The position numbers were made by a program, and so were the translations under genes. The notes under the pieces are model-generated. The model made no database searches, was not told the DNA's origin, and worked only from the letters and a program-made list of their open reading frames with translations. DNA of 64,000 nt from Escherichia phage JS98, in sequence record NC_010105.1; one strand, given 5' to 3'. This document shows positions 30,525 through 43,484 of the stretch, piece after piece. The stretch's first letter is position 1. Every line of letters begins with the position of its first letter.

Positions 30525-31387
30525 ATGTTTGGACATTGGTATAATAGTTCGCTACGTCGCTATATTGTTTTGATGGGTGATTTATTTTCCCATGTTCAAG
30601 TAGCACGTCAAAGAGAAGATACAGGGCTTAAATTTATTAAGGTTCCTATTACGTATGCTTCTAAAGAAAGATTTATGGCTAACTTAGGTAAATGGACGGC
30701 AGTACAGAATATCCCAAATCCTAATATGACGCCAAAAGAAAGGGCTGAACAAAAAGCTAAGGTGGAAACTGTTCTTCCACGTATGAACCTCCAAATGGTT
30801 GACATGCTTTATAACTCACAATACAAAACAGCTCTTCAAAATAGAACACAAATTCAATTTGAGAATGGGGACCCTCGTAAACGAGTCAGCCAATATTCTC
30901 CTACTCCAGTAAAAATGATTTTTGAACTGGGTATTTACACTAGAACTCAAGATGATATGTTCCAGATTGTGGAACAAATTATGCCGTATTTCCAACCTCA
31001 CTTTAATACAACAATTACCGAACTCTATACAAACGAAATTAAATTTGACCGTGATATTCGTATTGTGTTCCAATCTATAGCAATGGACGAACAATTAGAA
31101 GGCGATACCACTTCACGTCGTCGCTTAGAATGGTCTATGATGTTTGAGGTTAACGGATGGCTATATCCTCCTGTTAAAGAAATGGAAGGCGAAATCAAAA
31201 CCATTTATCTTGATTTCTTTGCCAACTCTAAAGAACTCGCTCCTGAAGGTAATTTTGAATCGGTTGATAGCGAAGTAGTTCCTAGAGGTGTAGAAGAAAA
31301 AGAATGGGACGGTAAGTCCATTCAAACGTATTCACAAGATATTCCGGTGCCTGTTGAACCAGAACCTCCAGCACCAAGGAGAAACCC

Positions 31388-31391
<4 letters not shown>
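30525..31391 (+). CDS. 15: gp15 tail sheath stabilizer and completion protein
   Basis: Close match to T4 gp15 as recalled (MFG..YNSS.RRY..LMGDLFS); ORF track start 30522 is TTG, ATG at 30525 with AGGAGG SD. Confidence 0.85.
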
Positions 31392-33698
<2,307 letters not shown>

Positions 33699-33730
33699 AT
33701 AACAATAAAGCATAACCAAGAGGATTCAAA

Positions 33731-35713
33731 ATGGCTTTATTATCACCGGGCATTGAGCTCAAAGAAACGTCCGTACAGAGTACTGTCGTTCGTAACGCAA
33801 CGGGTCGTGCAGCGCTGGTTGGTAAATTCCAGTGGGGCCCTGCTTTCCAGGTAACTCAGATTACCAATGAAGTTGAACTGGTTGATTTGTTTGGAGGTCC
33901 TAATAACGAAGTAGCAGATTACTTTATGTCTGGTATGAACTTCCTCCAGTATGGTAACGACCTTCGTACAGTTCGTGTCGTTAGTCGCGAATTTGCTAAA
34001 AACGCATCTCCTATCGCTGGTAATATTGAAACCACTATTACTACGGCTGGTTCCAACTATGCTGTAGGCGATAAAATTAATATTAAATATAACCAAACTG
34101 TAGTCGAATCTGAAGGTCGTGTGACTTCTGTAGATACAGACGGTAAAATTCTTTCTGTGTTTATTCCGTCAGCAAAAATTATTGCTTACGCACGTTCTTT
34201 AAACCAGTATCCTACCCTAGGCCCGGCTTGGACTGCTGAAGTTACTTCCGCCTCTTCGGGTGTTTCTGGTACTATTACCGTAGGTAAAATTGTTACGGAT
34301 TCCGGTATTCTTTTGACTGAAGCCGAGAATAGTGAAGAAGCTATTACTTCTCTTGAATTCCAAGCGGCCCTTAAGAAATTTGCTATGCCAGGCGTAGTGG
34401 CCCTTTATCCTGGTGAAATTGGTTCTACTCTGGAAGTAGAAATCGTTTCTAAAGCAGCTTATGAAGCTGGTTCTTCTAAAATGTTGGATGTTTATCCTGG
34501 TGGCGGTACCCGTGCTTCTATTGCCAAGGCAGTATTTAATTACGGACCTCAAACAGATGACCAATACGCAATTATCGTTCGTCGTGATGGCGCTATCGTA
34601 GAATCCGTCGTACTTTCTACCAAAGAAGGTGAAAAAGACGTTTACGGTAATAACATTTATCTTGACGACTATTTCGCTAAAGGTACTTCTAATTACATCT
34701 ATGCGACCTCGTTAAACTGGCCGAAAGGATTTAGTGGTATCATTAATCTGTCTGGTGGTATTTCCGCCAACGATAAAGTTACTGCAGGCGATTTGATGCA
34801 GGGTTGGGATTTGTTTGCCGACCGTGAAGCACTCCATATTAACCTGCTTATTGCTGGTGCTGTTGCTGGTGAAGGCGATGAAGTGGCTTCTACTGTTCAG
34901 AAACACGTTGTGAGTATTGCTGATGAACGTCAGGATTGCTTAGCATTTATTTCTCCTCCTAAAGGTCTGTTGGTTAACGTTCCACTGACTCGTGCAGTAG
35001 ATAACCTTATCGACTGGCGTACCGGTGCCGGTACTTTCGATGCCAACAACATGAACATCAGTACCACTTATGCCGCTATTGATGGTAATTATAAATATCA
35101 ATACGACAAATATAACGACGTAAACCGTTGGGTACCACTGGCTGCCGATTTGGCTGGTTTGTGTGCACGTACTGATGATGTGTCTCAACCTTGGATGTCT
35201 CCTGCCGGTTATAACCGTGGTCAGATTCTTAACGTTCTGAAATTGGCAATTGAACCACGTCAAGCACAACGTGACCGCATGTACCAGGAAGCTATTAACC
35301 CGGTTGTTGGTTTTGCTGGTGGTGATGGTTTCGTATTGTTTGGTGATAAGACTGCAACTAAAGTTCCATCTCCGATGGACCACATTAACGTTCGCCGTCT
35401 GTTCAACATGCTTAAGAAAAATATCGGTGATGCCTCTAAATATAAACTGTTTGAATTGAACGATAACTTCACTCGTTCAAGCTTCCGTATGGAAGTTTCT
35501 CAGTACTTAGATGGTATTAAGGCACTTGGTGGGATTTATGAAGGACGTGTGGTTTGTGATACTACAGTGAACACCCCTGCGGTTATCGACCGTAATGAGT
35601 TTATTGCTAATATCTATGTTAAACCTGCTCGTTCTATTAACTACATCACGTTGAACTTCGTTGCAACGAGCACTGGTGCTGATTTTGATGAATTGATTGG
35701 ACCTTTAGTATAA
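33731..35713 (+). CDS. 18: gp18 tail sheath protein
   Basis: 660 aa, synteny. Confidence 0.9.
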   Translation: MALLSPGIELKETSVQSTVVRNATGRAALVGKFQWGPAFQVTQITNEVELVDLFGGPNNEVADYFMSGMNFLQYGNDLRTVRVVSREFAKNASPIAGNIETTITTAGSNYAVGDKINIKYNQTVVESEGRVTSVDTDGKILSVFIPSAKIIAYARSLNQYPTLGPAWTAEVTSASSGVSGTITVGKIVTDSGILLTEAENSEEAITSLEFQAALKKFAMPGVVALYPGEIGSTLEVEIVSKAAYEAGSSKMLDVYPGGGTRASIAKAVFNYGPQTDDQYAIIVRRDGAIVESVVLSTKEGEKDVYGNNIYLDDYFAKGTSNYIYATSLNWPKGFSGIINLSGGISANDKVTAGDLMQGWDLFADREALHINLLIAGAVAGEGDEVASTVQKHVVSIADERQDCLAFISPPKGLLVNVPLTRAVDNLIDWRTGAGTFDANNMNISTTYAAIDGNYKYQYDKYNDVNRWVPLAADLAGLCARTDDVSQPWMSPAGYNRGQILNVLKLAIEPRQAQRDRMYQEAINPVVGFAGGDGFVLFGDKTATKVPSPMDHINVRRLFNMLKKNIGDASKYKLFELNDNFTRSSFRMEVSQYLDGIKALGGIYEGRVVCDTTVNTPAVIDRNEFIANIYVKPARSINYITLNFVATSTGADFDELIGPLV

Positions 35714-35838
35714 TCTATTATCCCAGGCTGTAATATAAAGAACCTAAAACCATTATACCATGTGTTTGGTTACAGCGTACATCACGTAGAATTGCGCCTG
35801 GGAGTGATTAACTATCAGGAATATGATTTATCAACTGT

Positions 35839-35846
35839 TATAAATA
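35839..35846 (+). promoter_or_regulatory. late promoter TATAAATA (gene 19)
   Basis: Exact motif in the 18-19 intergenic region. Confidence 0.55.
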
Positions 35847-35898
35847 AATTAATCAGAACGTTCCTGGTGTGGCCAGGAACTGACTTATGAGGCATCCC

Positions 35899-36390
35899 AT
35901 GGAGTTGACAGATATCACTCGTGCGTTTGAGTCAGGTGACTTTGCACGCCCTAACCTTTTCGAAGTGGAAATTCCATTTCTTGGTAAAAACTTTAGCTTT
36001 AAATGTAAAGCAGCACCTATGCCGGCAGGCATTGTAGAAAAAGTACCGGTTGGCTACATGAACCGTAAAATTAACGTAGCTGGCGACCGTACGTTTGATG
36101 ATTGGACCATTACCATTTATAACGATGATGCCCATGACACCCGTCAGGCAATTGTTGATTGGCAAAACCTCTGCCATGGTATGACCAATGAAATTACAGG
36201 TGCAGCACCTGCAGAATATAAGAAACAAGCAGTTGTTCGTCAGTTCCATCGTGACGGTAAGACTGTGACTAAAGAAGTTACAATTTATGGCTTATGGCCT
36301 ACTAACGTTGGTGAAGTCCAGATGGATTGGGATTCAAACAACGAGGTAGAAACTTTCGAATCTACGTTCGCTATCGATTGGTGGGAATGA
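35899..36390 (+). CDS. 19: gp19 tail tube protein
   Basis: Matches T4 gp19 as recalled (TRAFESGDFARPNLF...); second ATG chosen (GAGG SD); ORF track starts at 35887. Confidence 0.85.
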   Translation: MELTDITRAFESGDFARPNLFEVEIPFLGKNFSFKCKAAPMPAGIVEKVPVGYMNRKINVAGDRTFDDWTITIYNDDAHDTRQAIVDWQNLCHGMTNEITGAAPAEYKKQAVVRQFHRDGKTVTKEVTIYGLWPTNVGEVQMDWDSNNEVETFESTFAIDWWE

Positions 36391-36391
36391 G

Positions 36392-36399
36392 TATAAATA
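36392..36399 (+). promoter_or_regulatory. late promoter TATAAATA (gene 20)
   Basis: Exact motif. Confidence 0.6.
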
Positions 36400-36447
36400 G
36401 AATTATAAAGGAGCTTCGGCTCCTTATCCCATTCATCGGAGACTCTA

Positions 36448-38022
36448 ATGGCAAACTTTAATACAATATTAAGTTTTCTTAAGCCATGGGCTAATGAAGA
36501 CGAAAAAGAATATAAACAACAAATTAATAACAATTTAGAGTCTGTCACTGCACCTAAGCTTGATGATGGCGCTCGCGAAATTGAAACCCAAGAGCAAAAT
36601 ATTCCTTATAACGCTCTTATGCAACAAATGTTTGGTAGTAATGAGCCTGAAGTTAAAAACACCAGGGAACTCATTGATACCTACCGTAATTTGATGAACA
36701 ACTATGAAGTCGATAACGCAGTTCAAGAAATTGTGTCTGACGCTATTGTCTACGAGGATGATAAAGAAGTAGTTGCATTAAATTTAGACGGGACAGATTT
36801 CAGTCAATCAATTAAAGATAAAATTTTGGCTGAATTTAGTGAAGTTTTGAATCTTTTAAATTTCCAACGTAAAGGCACTGACCATTTCCAACGTTGGTAT
36901 GTAGACTCGAGAATATTCTTTCATAAAATTATAAACCCTAAAAAAATGAAAGATGGCGTACAAGAGCTTCGACGCTTAGACCCGCGCCAAGTCCAATATA
37001 TTCGTGAAATTGTTACACGTATGGAAGATGGTGTTAAAATTGTAGATGGGTACCGCGAGTTTTTCGTTTACGATACTGGTCATGAAAGTTATTGTGCTGA
37101 TGGACGCATTTATTCAGCCGGGACTAAAGTTAAAATTCCTCGTGCTGCTGTAGTTTATGCACATTCTGGATTATTAGATTGTTGTGGTAAAAACATCATT
37201 GGCTATTTGCAACGTGCTATTAAGCCTGCAAACCAGCTTAAATTGATGGAAGACGCAATGGTCATCTACCGTATTACACGTGCTCCTGACCGTCGTGTGT
37301 TTTATATCGATACAGGTAATATGCCTTCACGTAAGGCTGCAGCACAAATGCAACATATCATGAACACGATGAAAAACCGTGTGGTATATGATGCTTCGAC
37401 CGGTAAAATTAAAAACCAGCAACATAATATGTCAATGACTGAAGACTATTGGTTGCAACGTCGAGACGGTAAAGCGGTAACAGAAGTTGATACCATGCCT
37501 GGCGCCACAGGTATGAGTGATATGGATGACGTTCTTTATTTCCGCACAGCACTTTATCGTGCACTGCGTATTCCAGAGTCACGTATCCCTAGTGAATCTA
37601 ATTCAGGCGTTATGTTTGATGCCGGTACAGCAATCACTCGTGATGAGTTGAAATTTGCTAAATGGATTCGACAGCTCCAAAATAAATTTGAAGAAATTTT
37701 CTTAGACCCATTAAAAACAAACCTCATTCTTAAAAAGATTATTACAGAAGATGAGTGGGAAAGAGAAATAAATAATATTAAAGTTACGTTCAACCGTGAT
37801 AGCTATTTCAGTGAAATGAAAGATGCGGAAATCATGGAACGCAGAATCAATATGCTAACGATGGCTGAACCATTTATTGGTAAGTATATTTCACATCAAA
37901 CGGCTATGAAAGATTTCCTTCAGATGACTGACGAAGAAATTAATCAAGAAGCTAAGCAAATTGAAGAAGAGTCTAAAGAGGCTCGTTTCCAAAACCCAGA
38001 TGAAGAAGAAGAGGATTTCTAA
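36448..38022 (+). CDS. 20: gp20 portal vertex protein
   Basis: 524 aa as in T4; late promoter 36392-36399. Confidence 0.9.
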   Translation: MANFNTILSFLKPWANEDEKEYKQQINNNLESVTAPKLDDGAREIETQEQNIPYNALMQQMFGSNEPEVKNTRELIDTYRNLMNNYEVDNAVQEIVSDAIVYEDDKEVVALNLDGTDFSQSIKDKILAEFSEVLNLLNFQRKGTDHFQRWYVDSRIFFHKIINPKKMKDGVQELRRLDPRQVQYIREIVTRMEDGVKIVDGYREFFVYDTGHESYCADGRIYSAGTKVKIPRAAVVYAHSGLLDCCGKNIIGYLQRAIKPANQLKLMEDAMVIYRITRAPDRRVFYIDTGNMPSRKAAAQMQHIMNTMKNRVVYDASTGKIKNQQHNMSMTEDYWLQRRDGKAVTEVDTMPGATGMSDMDDVLYFRTALYRALRIPESRIPSESNSGVMFDAGTAITRDELKFAKWIRQLQNKFEEIFLDPLKTNLILKKIITEDEWEREINNIKVTFNRDSYFSEMKDAEIMERRINMLTMAEPFIGKYISHQTAMKDFLQMTDEEINQEAKQIEEESKEARFQNPDEEEEDF

Positions 38023-38297
38023 TGGAAGATTTAATCGAAGCTATTAAATCAAACGACCTCGTAGCAGTTCGTAAAGCAGCAGGCCCGCTTATCGAATCTC
38101 GAGTAGCCGCTTTGATTGAAGCCCGTAAAGCAGAAATTGCTCGCTCCGTTATGATTGAAGGCGAAGAAGCCGATAAAGATGACGAAGACGAAGATAAAGA
38201 CGAAAAATCCGATAAAGCAGATAAGAAAGACAAAAAAGAATCTGACGATGCGGATGAAGGTGATGACGACGATGAAGACGACGAGGACGACGAATAA
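38022..38297 (+). CDS. 67: gp67 prohead core protein (acidic)
   Basis: Small protein with poly-Asp/Glu C-terminus; synteny. Confidence 0.75.
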   Translation: MEDLIEAIKSNDLVAVRKAAGPLIESRVAALIEARKAEIARSVMIEGEEADKDDEDEDKDEKSDKADKKDKKESDDADEGDDDDEDDEDDE

Positions 38298-38725
38298 TGT
38301 TCCTTATCCCTGATGATTACGAATTAACTCTAGAAAGCGTAGAGGCCAAAATTCCAGAAGCACAGGGACGTTTTGCTACTCTTTCTGAAGCCCTCGAGAA
38401 AAGCGATATAAATAATCTTGTAGAGAACATGATTGCTGATGGTGATATCGATACAGCTATCGCCATTGCCTCTTTAAATGAAAATATGGCTCTTAACGAA
38501 TTTATCGTTAAGCATGTCTCTTCTAAAGGTGAGCTTACTCGTACTAAAGATATTAAAACCCGTCAACGCAACGCTTATCAAACGACTGGGTTGTCTAAAG
38601 CAAAACGCCGTCAGATTGCTCGCAAAGCGTCTAAAACCAAACGTGCTAACCCGTCTACTCAAGTACGTGCTGAACGTAAGCGTAAGAAAGCTCGTTCTAA
38701 ACGTAAAGCCTTTGGACTTAACTAA
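38297..38725 (+). CDS. 68: gp68 prohead core protein
   Basis: 142 aa, basic C-terminus, synteny. Confidence 0.75.
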   Translation: MFLIPDDYELTLESVEAKIPEAQGRFATLSEALEKSDINNLVENMIADGDIDTAIAIASLNENMALNEFIVKHVSSKGELTRTKDIKTRQRNAYQTTGLSKAKRRQIARKASKTKRANPSTQVRAERKRKKARSKRKAFGLN

Positions 38726-39360
38726 TGAAACCTGAATTGCTCATCGAACATTGGGGACAACCAGGTGAAATTATCGATGGGGTTCCGATGTTGGAATCTC
38801 ATGATGGAAAAGATTCTGGACTTGCCCCGGGCCTTTATATAGAAGGCATATTCATGCAAGCCGAAGTGGTTAACCGTAATAAACGCCTTTATCCAAAACC
38901 TATTTTGGAAAAAGCTGTTGCTGATTATATGGCAGAACAGGTTGCTACTAAACAAGCTTTAGGAGAATTAAATCATCCGCCTCGTGCTAACGTCGACCCT
39001 ATGCAAGCCGCTATTATTATTGAAGATATGTGGTGGAAAGGTAATGACGTTTATGGACGTGCTCGTATTATTGAAGGCGACCATGGTCCTGGTGATAAAC
39101 TAGCTGCTAATATTAGAGCCGGTTGGGTGCCTGGTGTTAGTTCTCGTGGTCTAGGTTCTTTAACCGAAACCAATAAAGGATATAAGCGTGTAAACGAAGG
39201 TTATAAATTAACCGTCGGTGTTGATGCAGTATGGGGTCCATCTGCTCCTGATGCTTATGTAACTCCTAAACAAATTACAGAATCACAAACGGTAGATACC
39301 GATACCAGTGCCGATGACGCCTTTATGGCTCTCGCAGAGGCCATGAAAAAAGCGTTATAA
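38725..39360 (+). CDS. 21: gp21 prohead core scaffold protein and protease
   Basis: 211 aa, synteny. Confidence 0.85.
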   Translation: MKPELLIEHWGQPGEIIDGVPMLESHDGKDSGLAPGLYIEGIFMQAEVVNRNKRLYPKPILEKAVADYMAEQVATKQALGELNHPPRANVDPMQAAIIIEDMWWKGNDVYGRARIIEGDHGPGDKLAANIRAGWVPGVSSRGLGSLTETNKGYKRVNEGYKLTVGVDAVWGPSAPDAYVTPKQITESQTVDTDTSADDAFMALAEAMKKAL

Positions 39361-39363
39361 ATA
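39356..39363 (+). promoter_or_regulatory. late promoter TATAAATA (gene 22)
   Basis: Exact motif overlapping gp21 stop. Confidence 0.6.
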
Positions 39364-39390
39364 TTATTATCTAAACAACAGGACTACAAA

Positions 39391-40206
39391 ATGCTTAAAG
39401 AACAACTGATCGCCGAAGCACAGAATATTGATGCTTCCGTTGCTCTTGACAGTATTTTCGAATCAGTTAATATTTCTCCGGAAGCAAAAGAAACTTTCGG
39501 CACTGTATTCGAAGCTACCGTCAAGCAACACGCCGTTAAACTGGCTGAATCTCACATCGCTAAAATCGCTGAAAAAGCGGAAGAAGAAGTTGAGAAAAAT
39601 AAAGAAGAAGCTGAAGAAAAAGCTGATAAGAAAATCCAAGAAGCTGCCGGTCGTTTCCTTGACCACGTCGCTAAAGAATGGATGGCTGAAAACCAGCTGG
39701 CTGTTGATAAAGGTATTAAAGCCGAACTGTTCGAATCCATGTTGATGGGTATGAAAGAACTGTTTGTTGAACACAATGTGGTTGTTCCAGAAGAAGCAGT
39801 GGATGTTGTTGCTGAAATGGAAGAAGAACTCCAAGAGCAGAAAGATGAAACCGCTCGTCTGTTCGAAGAAGTTGGTAAGCGTGATGCATATATTAATTAC
39901 GTACAGCGTGAAGTTGCGTTGACTGAAGCAACTAAAGACCTGACTGAATCTCAGAAAGAAAAAGTTAGTTCTCTGGTAGAAGGCATGGATTATTCCGATG
40001 CATTTGGTAAAAAAATTGGCGCTATCGTTGAAATGGTTAAAGGCCAGACTGACGTTGAAAAACCAATCACCGAAGCCGCTATAAATAAAACTGAAGACGA
40101 TGCTGCAGCACTGAATTATATTTCGGAAGCAGTTGAAGAAAAAGGCACTAAGCCTACCCTGTCCTTCGCGGACCTGTCTGCAATCGCAGCATCTCGAATT
40201 TCTTAA
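39391..40206 (+). CDS. 22: gp22 prohead core scaffold protein
   Basis: 271 aa, Glu/Lys-rich coiled coil; late promoter 39356-39363. Confidence 0.85.
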   Translation: MLKEQLIAEAQNIDASVALDSIFESVNISPEAKETFGTVFEATVKQHAVKLAESHIAKIAEKAEEEVEKNKEEAEEKADKKIQEAAGRFLDHVAKEWMAENQLAVDKGIKAELFESMLMGMKELFVEHNVVVPEEAVDVVAEMEEELQEQKDETARLFEEVGKRDAYINYVQREVALTEATKDLTESQKEKVSSLVEGMDYSDAFGKKIGAIVEMVKGQTDVEKPITEAAINKTEDDAAALNYISEAVEEKGTKPTLSFADLSAIAASRIS

Positions 40207-40227
40207 TTTAATAAGGTTATACAACAC

Positions 40228-41787
40228 ATGAAAAAGAATGCATTAGTTCAAAAATGGTCCGCTCTGCTGGAAAACGAAGCTCTTCCTGAAATCGTTGGTG
40301 CTTCTAAACAAGCTATCATCGCTAAAATTTTCGAAAACCAGGAACAAGACATCCTGACTGCTCCAGAATATCGTGACGAAAAAATCTCCGAAGCATTTGG
40401 TTCTTTCCTGACTGAAGCTGAAATCGGTGGTGACCACGGTTATGATGCTACCAATATCGCAGCTGGCCAGACTTCTGGTGCTGTAACTCAGATTGGGCCG
40501 GCAGTAATGGGTATGGTTCGTCGTGCTATTCCTCATCTGATTGCTTTTGATATTTGTGGTGTTCAGCCTCTGAATAACCCTACCGGTCAGGTATTTGCAC
40601 TGCGTGCAGTATATGGTAAAGACCCTATCGCTGCAGGCGCTAAAGAAGCTTTCCATCCGATGTATGCTCCGAACGCTATGTTCTCTGGTCAGGGTGCTGC
40701 TGAAACTTTCGAAGCACTGGCTGCAAGCAAAGTTCTGGAAGTTGGTAAAATTTATTCTCACTTCTTCGAAGCTACCGGTTCTGCACACTTCCAGGCTGTT
40801 GAAGCTGTAACCGTTGATGCAGGCGCTACTGATGCCGCTAAACTGGATGCTGCTGTTACCGCTCTGGTTGAAGCTGGTCAGCTGGCTGAAATCGCTGAAG
40901 GTATGGCTACTTCTATCGCAGAACTTCAGGAAGGTTTCAACGGTTCTACCGATAACCCGTGGAACGAAATGGGCTTCCGCATCGACAAACAAGTTATCGA
41001 AGCTAAATCTCGTCAGCTGAAAGCAAGCTACTCTATCGAACTGGCACAGGACCTTCGTGCAGTACACGGTATGGATGCAGATGCTGAACTGTCCGGTATC
41101 CTTGCTACCGAAATTATGCTCGAAATCAACCGTGAAGTTATCGATTGGATTAACTACTCTGCACAGGTTGGTAAATCTGGTATGACCAACACCGTTGGCG
41201 CTAAAGCTGGTGTGTTTGACTTCCAGGACCCGATTGATATCCGTGGTGCTCGTTGGGCCGGTGAGAGCTTTAAAGCCCTTCTGTTCCAGATTGATAAAGA
41301 AGCAGCCGAAATCGCTCGTCAGACCGGTCGTGGTGCTGGTAACTTCATCATCGCTTCCCGTAACGTAGTTAACGTACTGGCTGCAGTTGATACTTCTGTA
41401 AGTTATGCAGCTCAAGGTCTGGGTCAGGGTTTCAACGTTGACACAACCAAAGCAGTATTTGCCGGTGTTCTTGGTGGTAAATATCGTGTTTACATCGACC
41501 AGTATGCTCGTTCCGATTACTTCACCATCGGTTATAAAGGTTCCAACGAAATGGACGCAGGTATCTACTATGCTCCGTACGTTGCGCTGACTCCGCTGCG
41601 TGGTTCCGATCCGAAGAACTTCCAACCGGTAATGGGCTTCAAAACTCGTTACGGTATCGGTATTAACCCGTTCGCTGACCCAGCTGCTCAGGCGCCTACC
41701 AAACGTATTCAGAATGGTATGCCTGACATCGTTAACAGCCTCGGTCTGAATGGTTACTTCCGTCGCGTATATGTTAAAGGTATCTAA
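40228..41787 (+). CDS. 23: gp23 major capsid protein
   Basis: 519 aa (T4 521); synteny; codon usage of a highly expressed gene. Confidence 0.9.
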   Translation: MKKNALVQKWSALLENEALPEIVGASKQAIIAKIFENQEQDILTAPEYRDEKISEAFGSFLTEAEIGGDHGYDATNIAAGQTSGAVTQIGPAVMGMVRRAIPHLIAFDICGVQPLNNPTGQVFALRAVYGKDPIAAGAKEAFHPMYAPNAMFSGQGAAETFEALAASKVLEVGKIYSHFFEATGSAHFQAVEAVTVDAGATDAAKLDAAVTALVEAGQLAEIAEGMATSIAELQEGFNGSTDNPWNEMGFRIDKQVIEAKSRQLKASYSIELAQDLRAVHGMDADAELSGILATEIMLEINREVIDWINYSAQVGKSGMTNTVGAKAGVFDFQDPIDIRGARWAGESFKALLFQIDKEAAEIARQTGRGAGNFIIASRNVVNVLAAVDTSVSYAAQGLGQGFNVDTTKAVFAGVLGGKYRVYIDQYARSDYFTIGYKGSNEMDAGIYYAPYVALTPLRGSDPKNFQPVMGFKTRYGIGINPFADPAAQAPTKRIQNGMPDIVNSLGLNGYFRRVYVKGI

Positions 41788-41802
41788 TATACACCTTATT
41801 AT

Positions 41803-41825
41803 GGGAGACTTCGGTCTCCCATTCT
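41803..41825 (+). terminator. terminator after gene 23
   Basis: GGGAGAC-TTCG-GTCTCCC followed by T-rich run. Confidence 0.55.
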
Positions 41826-41835
41826 TGTTTCTATA

Positions 41836-42102
41836 CTATGCAATCTTAACACGACGGTTGATGATATCACGGAAGTCAATACGATTTTCTTGGATTTTCA
41901 GCCAGTTACCAGATTTGTCTTTGGTATGGGTAGAGTATTCACCGTTCCACCAGAAGTCGGTAGCATAAGCCATGGCTTCGTATTTCTTAACTAGTGCATT
42001 CACTGCATTACCGTTAGGATTGGAACCATATTTTTCTACCAGGGCTTTGATGTCTTTATCAAGAGCGGAAAGAGTAGTACGAATAAAGTTTAACTTGTTC
42101 AT
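41836..42102 (-). CDS. hypothetical protein (88 aa) between genes 23 and 24
   Basis: ATG 42102 with GAGGAG SD (ORF track start 42117 is an upstream in-frame ATG); early promoter upstream; occupies the position of segD in T4. Confidence 0.55.
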   Translation of the reverse strand: MNKLNFIRTTLSALDKDIKALVEKYGSNPNGNAVNALVKKYEAMAYATDFWWNGEYSTHTKDKSGNWLKIQENRIDFRDIINRRVKIA

Positions 42103-42117
42103 TTTTAATCTCCTCAT

Positions 42118-42161
42118 GTTTTGATAGGTCTATAGTAACATGTGATAACCTTGCTGTAAAC
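42118..42161 (-). promoter_or_regulatory. early promoter with conserved downstream box
   Basis: Minus strand GTTTAC-N18-TACTAT-AGACCTATCAAAAC. Confidence 0.45.
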
Positions 42162-42167
42162 AACTTT

Positions 42168-42175
42168 TATAAATA
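42168..42175 (+). promoter_or_regulatory. late promoter TATAAATA (gene 24)
   Basis: Exact motif. Confidence 0.6.
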
Positions 42176-42203
42176 AACATATACCCTCAATAAGGAAAGC
42201 GCA

Positions 42204-43484
42204 ATGGCAAAGATTAACGAATTACTGCGCGAGTCAACAACTACTTCTAGCAACTCATTGGGTCGCCCTAATCTTGTTGCTTTGACCCGTGCTACAACCA
42301 AATTGATTTACCGTGATATTATTGCTGAACAACGTACTAGCCAGCCTATTGCTGCATTGTATGGTGTCAAATATCTTACTCCTGATAATGAATTTAGCTT
42401 CCAAACTGGTGCCGTTTATGGCGGTGAAGTTGGTTCTAAAGACCGTGAAACTATCCCAGAACTCACAGATAAGGCCCAGGCTATTGCCAAGGGTGAATAT
42501 TTCAAGTATCAGAACATAGTTTATAAGGCTCTTCAAGCAAGCCCACTCGCATCCACTAGCGCTACAGAATTGGCTGAGGCCCTTCAAGAAGGTTTGGTGT
42601 CATTAACATGTCGTCTGGTTCCTGATGCGGCTCACACAGAGAAATTCGAAGCAGGTGATGTTGAAATTAGTAATGCAGTATTCCAGGTTAATAAATGGAA
42701 CGCACCTGTTAAGTCTCGTAAACTTAAAACCGCTTTGACTGTAGAACTAGCCCAAGACATGGAATCCAATGGCTTTGACGCCCCTGCGTTCTTAGAAGAC
42801 CTTTTAGCCACTGTAATGGCTGATGAAATCAATAAAGACGTACTACAATCCTTGATTACCGTATCTAAACGTTACAAAGTAACTGGTGTATCTGATAATG
42901 GTATTATTGATTTGTCCTATAATTCCGCCCCAGAAAGTGCACGTAAATTATATGAAATGGTTTGTGAGATGAATTCTGAAATTCAGAAAACCACTTCTTA
43001 TTCAGGTACGTTTGTTGTCGCATCTAGTCGTGCTGCTGCTATGCTCGCTGGTTCAGGTTGGTTGAAACATAAACCAGAAGATGAAGCTTGGCTCCCAGAA
43101 ACTGCTTACGGTTATTTGATTAATGGATTGCCTGTATTCTGTGATGTTAATAGTCCTTTAGATTATGTTATCGTAGGCGTTAAAGAAGATTACGGCGGTA
43201 ATGAAGTAGTTGGTTCTATTTTCTATGCTCCATATACCGAAGGTCTGGATTTAGACGACCAAGAACATGTTGGTGCGTATAAAGTTATTGTAGACCCTGA
43301 TAGTTTACAACCGGCTATTTCTCTGATGGTTCGTTATGCACTTTCAGCAAACCCATATACCGTTGCTAAAGATGATAAAGAAGCTCGTGTTATAGACGCA
43401 ACTAATATGGATTTAATGGCAGGTCAGAGTAACATGTCTTATCTGCTTGGTGTTAAACTTCCTCCGATTATTTACGAGGCATAA
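42204..43484 (+). CDS. 24: gp24 head vertex protein
   Basis: N-terminus MAKINELLRESTTT.SNS.GRPNLVALTRATTKLIY matches T4 gp24 as recalled; late promoter 42168-42175. Confidence 0.9.
   Translation: MAKINELLRESTTTSSNSLGRPNLVALTRATTKLIYRDIIAEQRTSQPIAALYGVKYLTPDNEFSFQTGAVYGGEVGSKDRETIPELTDKAQAIAKGEYFKYQNIVYKALQASPLASTSATELAEALQEGLVSLTCRLVPDAAHTEKFEAGDVEISNAVFQVNKWNAPVKSRKLKTALTVELAQDMESNGFDAPAFLEDLLATVMADEINKDVLQSLITVSKRYKVTGVSDNGIIDLSYNSAPESARKLYEMVCEMNSEIQKTTSYSGTFVVASSRAAAMLAGSGWLKHKPEDEAWLPETAYGYLINGLPVFCDVNSPLDYVIVGVKEDYGGNEVVGSIFYAPYTEGLDLDDQEHVGAYKVIVDPDSLQPAISLMVRYALSANPYTVAKDDKEARVIDATNMDLMAGQSNMSYLLGVKLPPIIYEA

Noticed and set aside
39463-40227. 254-aa minus-strand ORF and overlapping plus ORFs 39428-39745
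   Set aside because: Antisense or out-of-frame to gp22, whose Glu/Lys-rich repetitive coding sequence gives stop-poor alternative frames; low-complexity Phe/Ser-rich translation.
40243-41625. 460-aa minus-strand ORF
   Set aside because: Antisense to the major capsid gene 23, which has a strong start, late-gene context and T4 synteny; the long antisense frame is explained by codon bias of gene 23.
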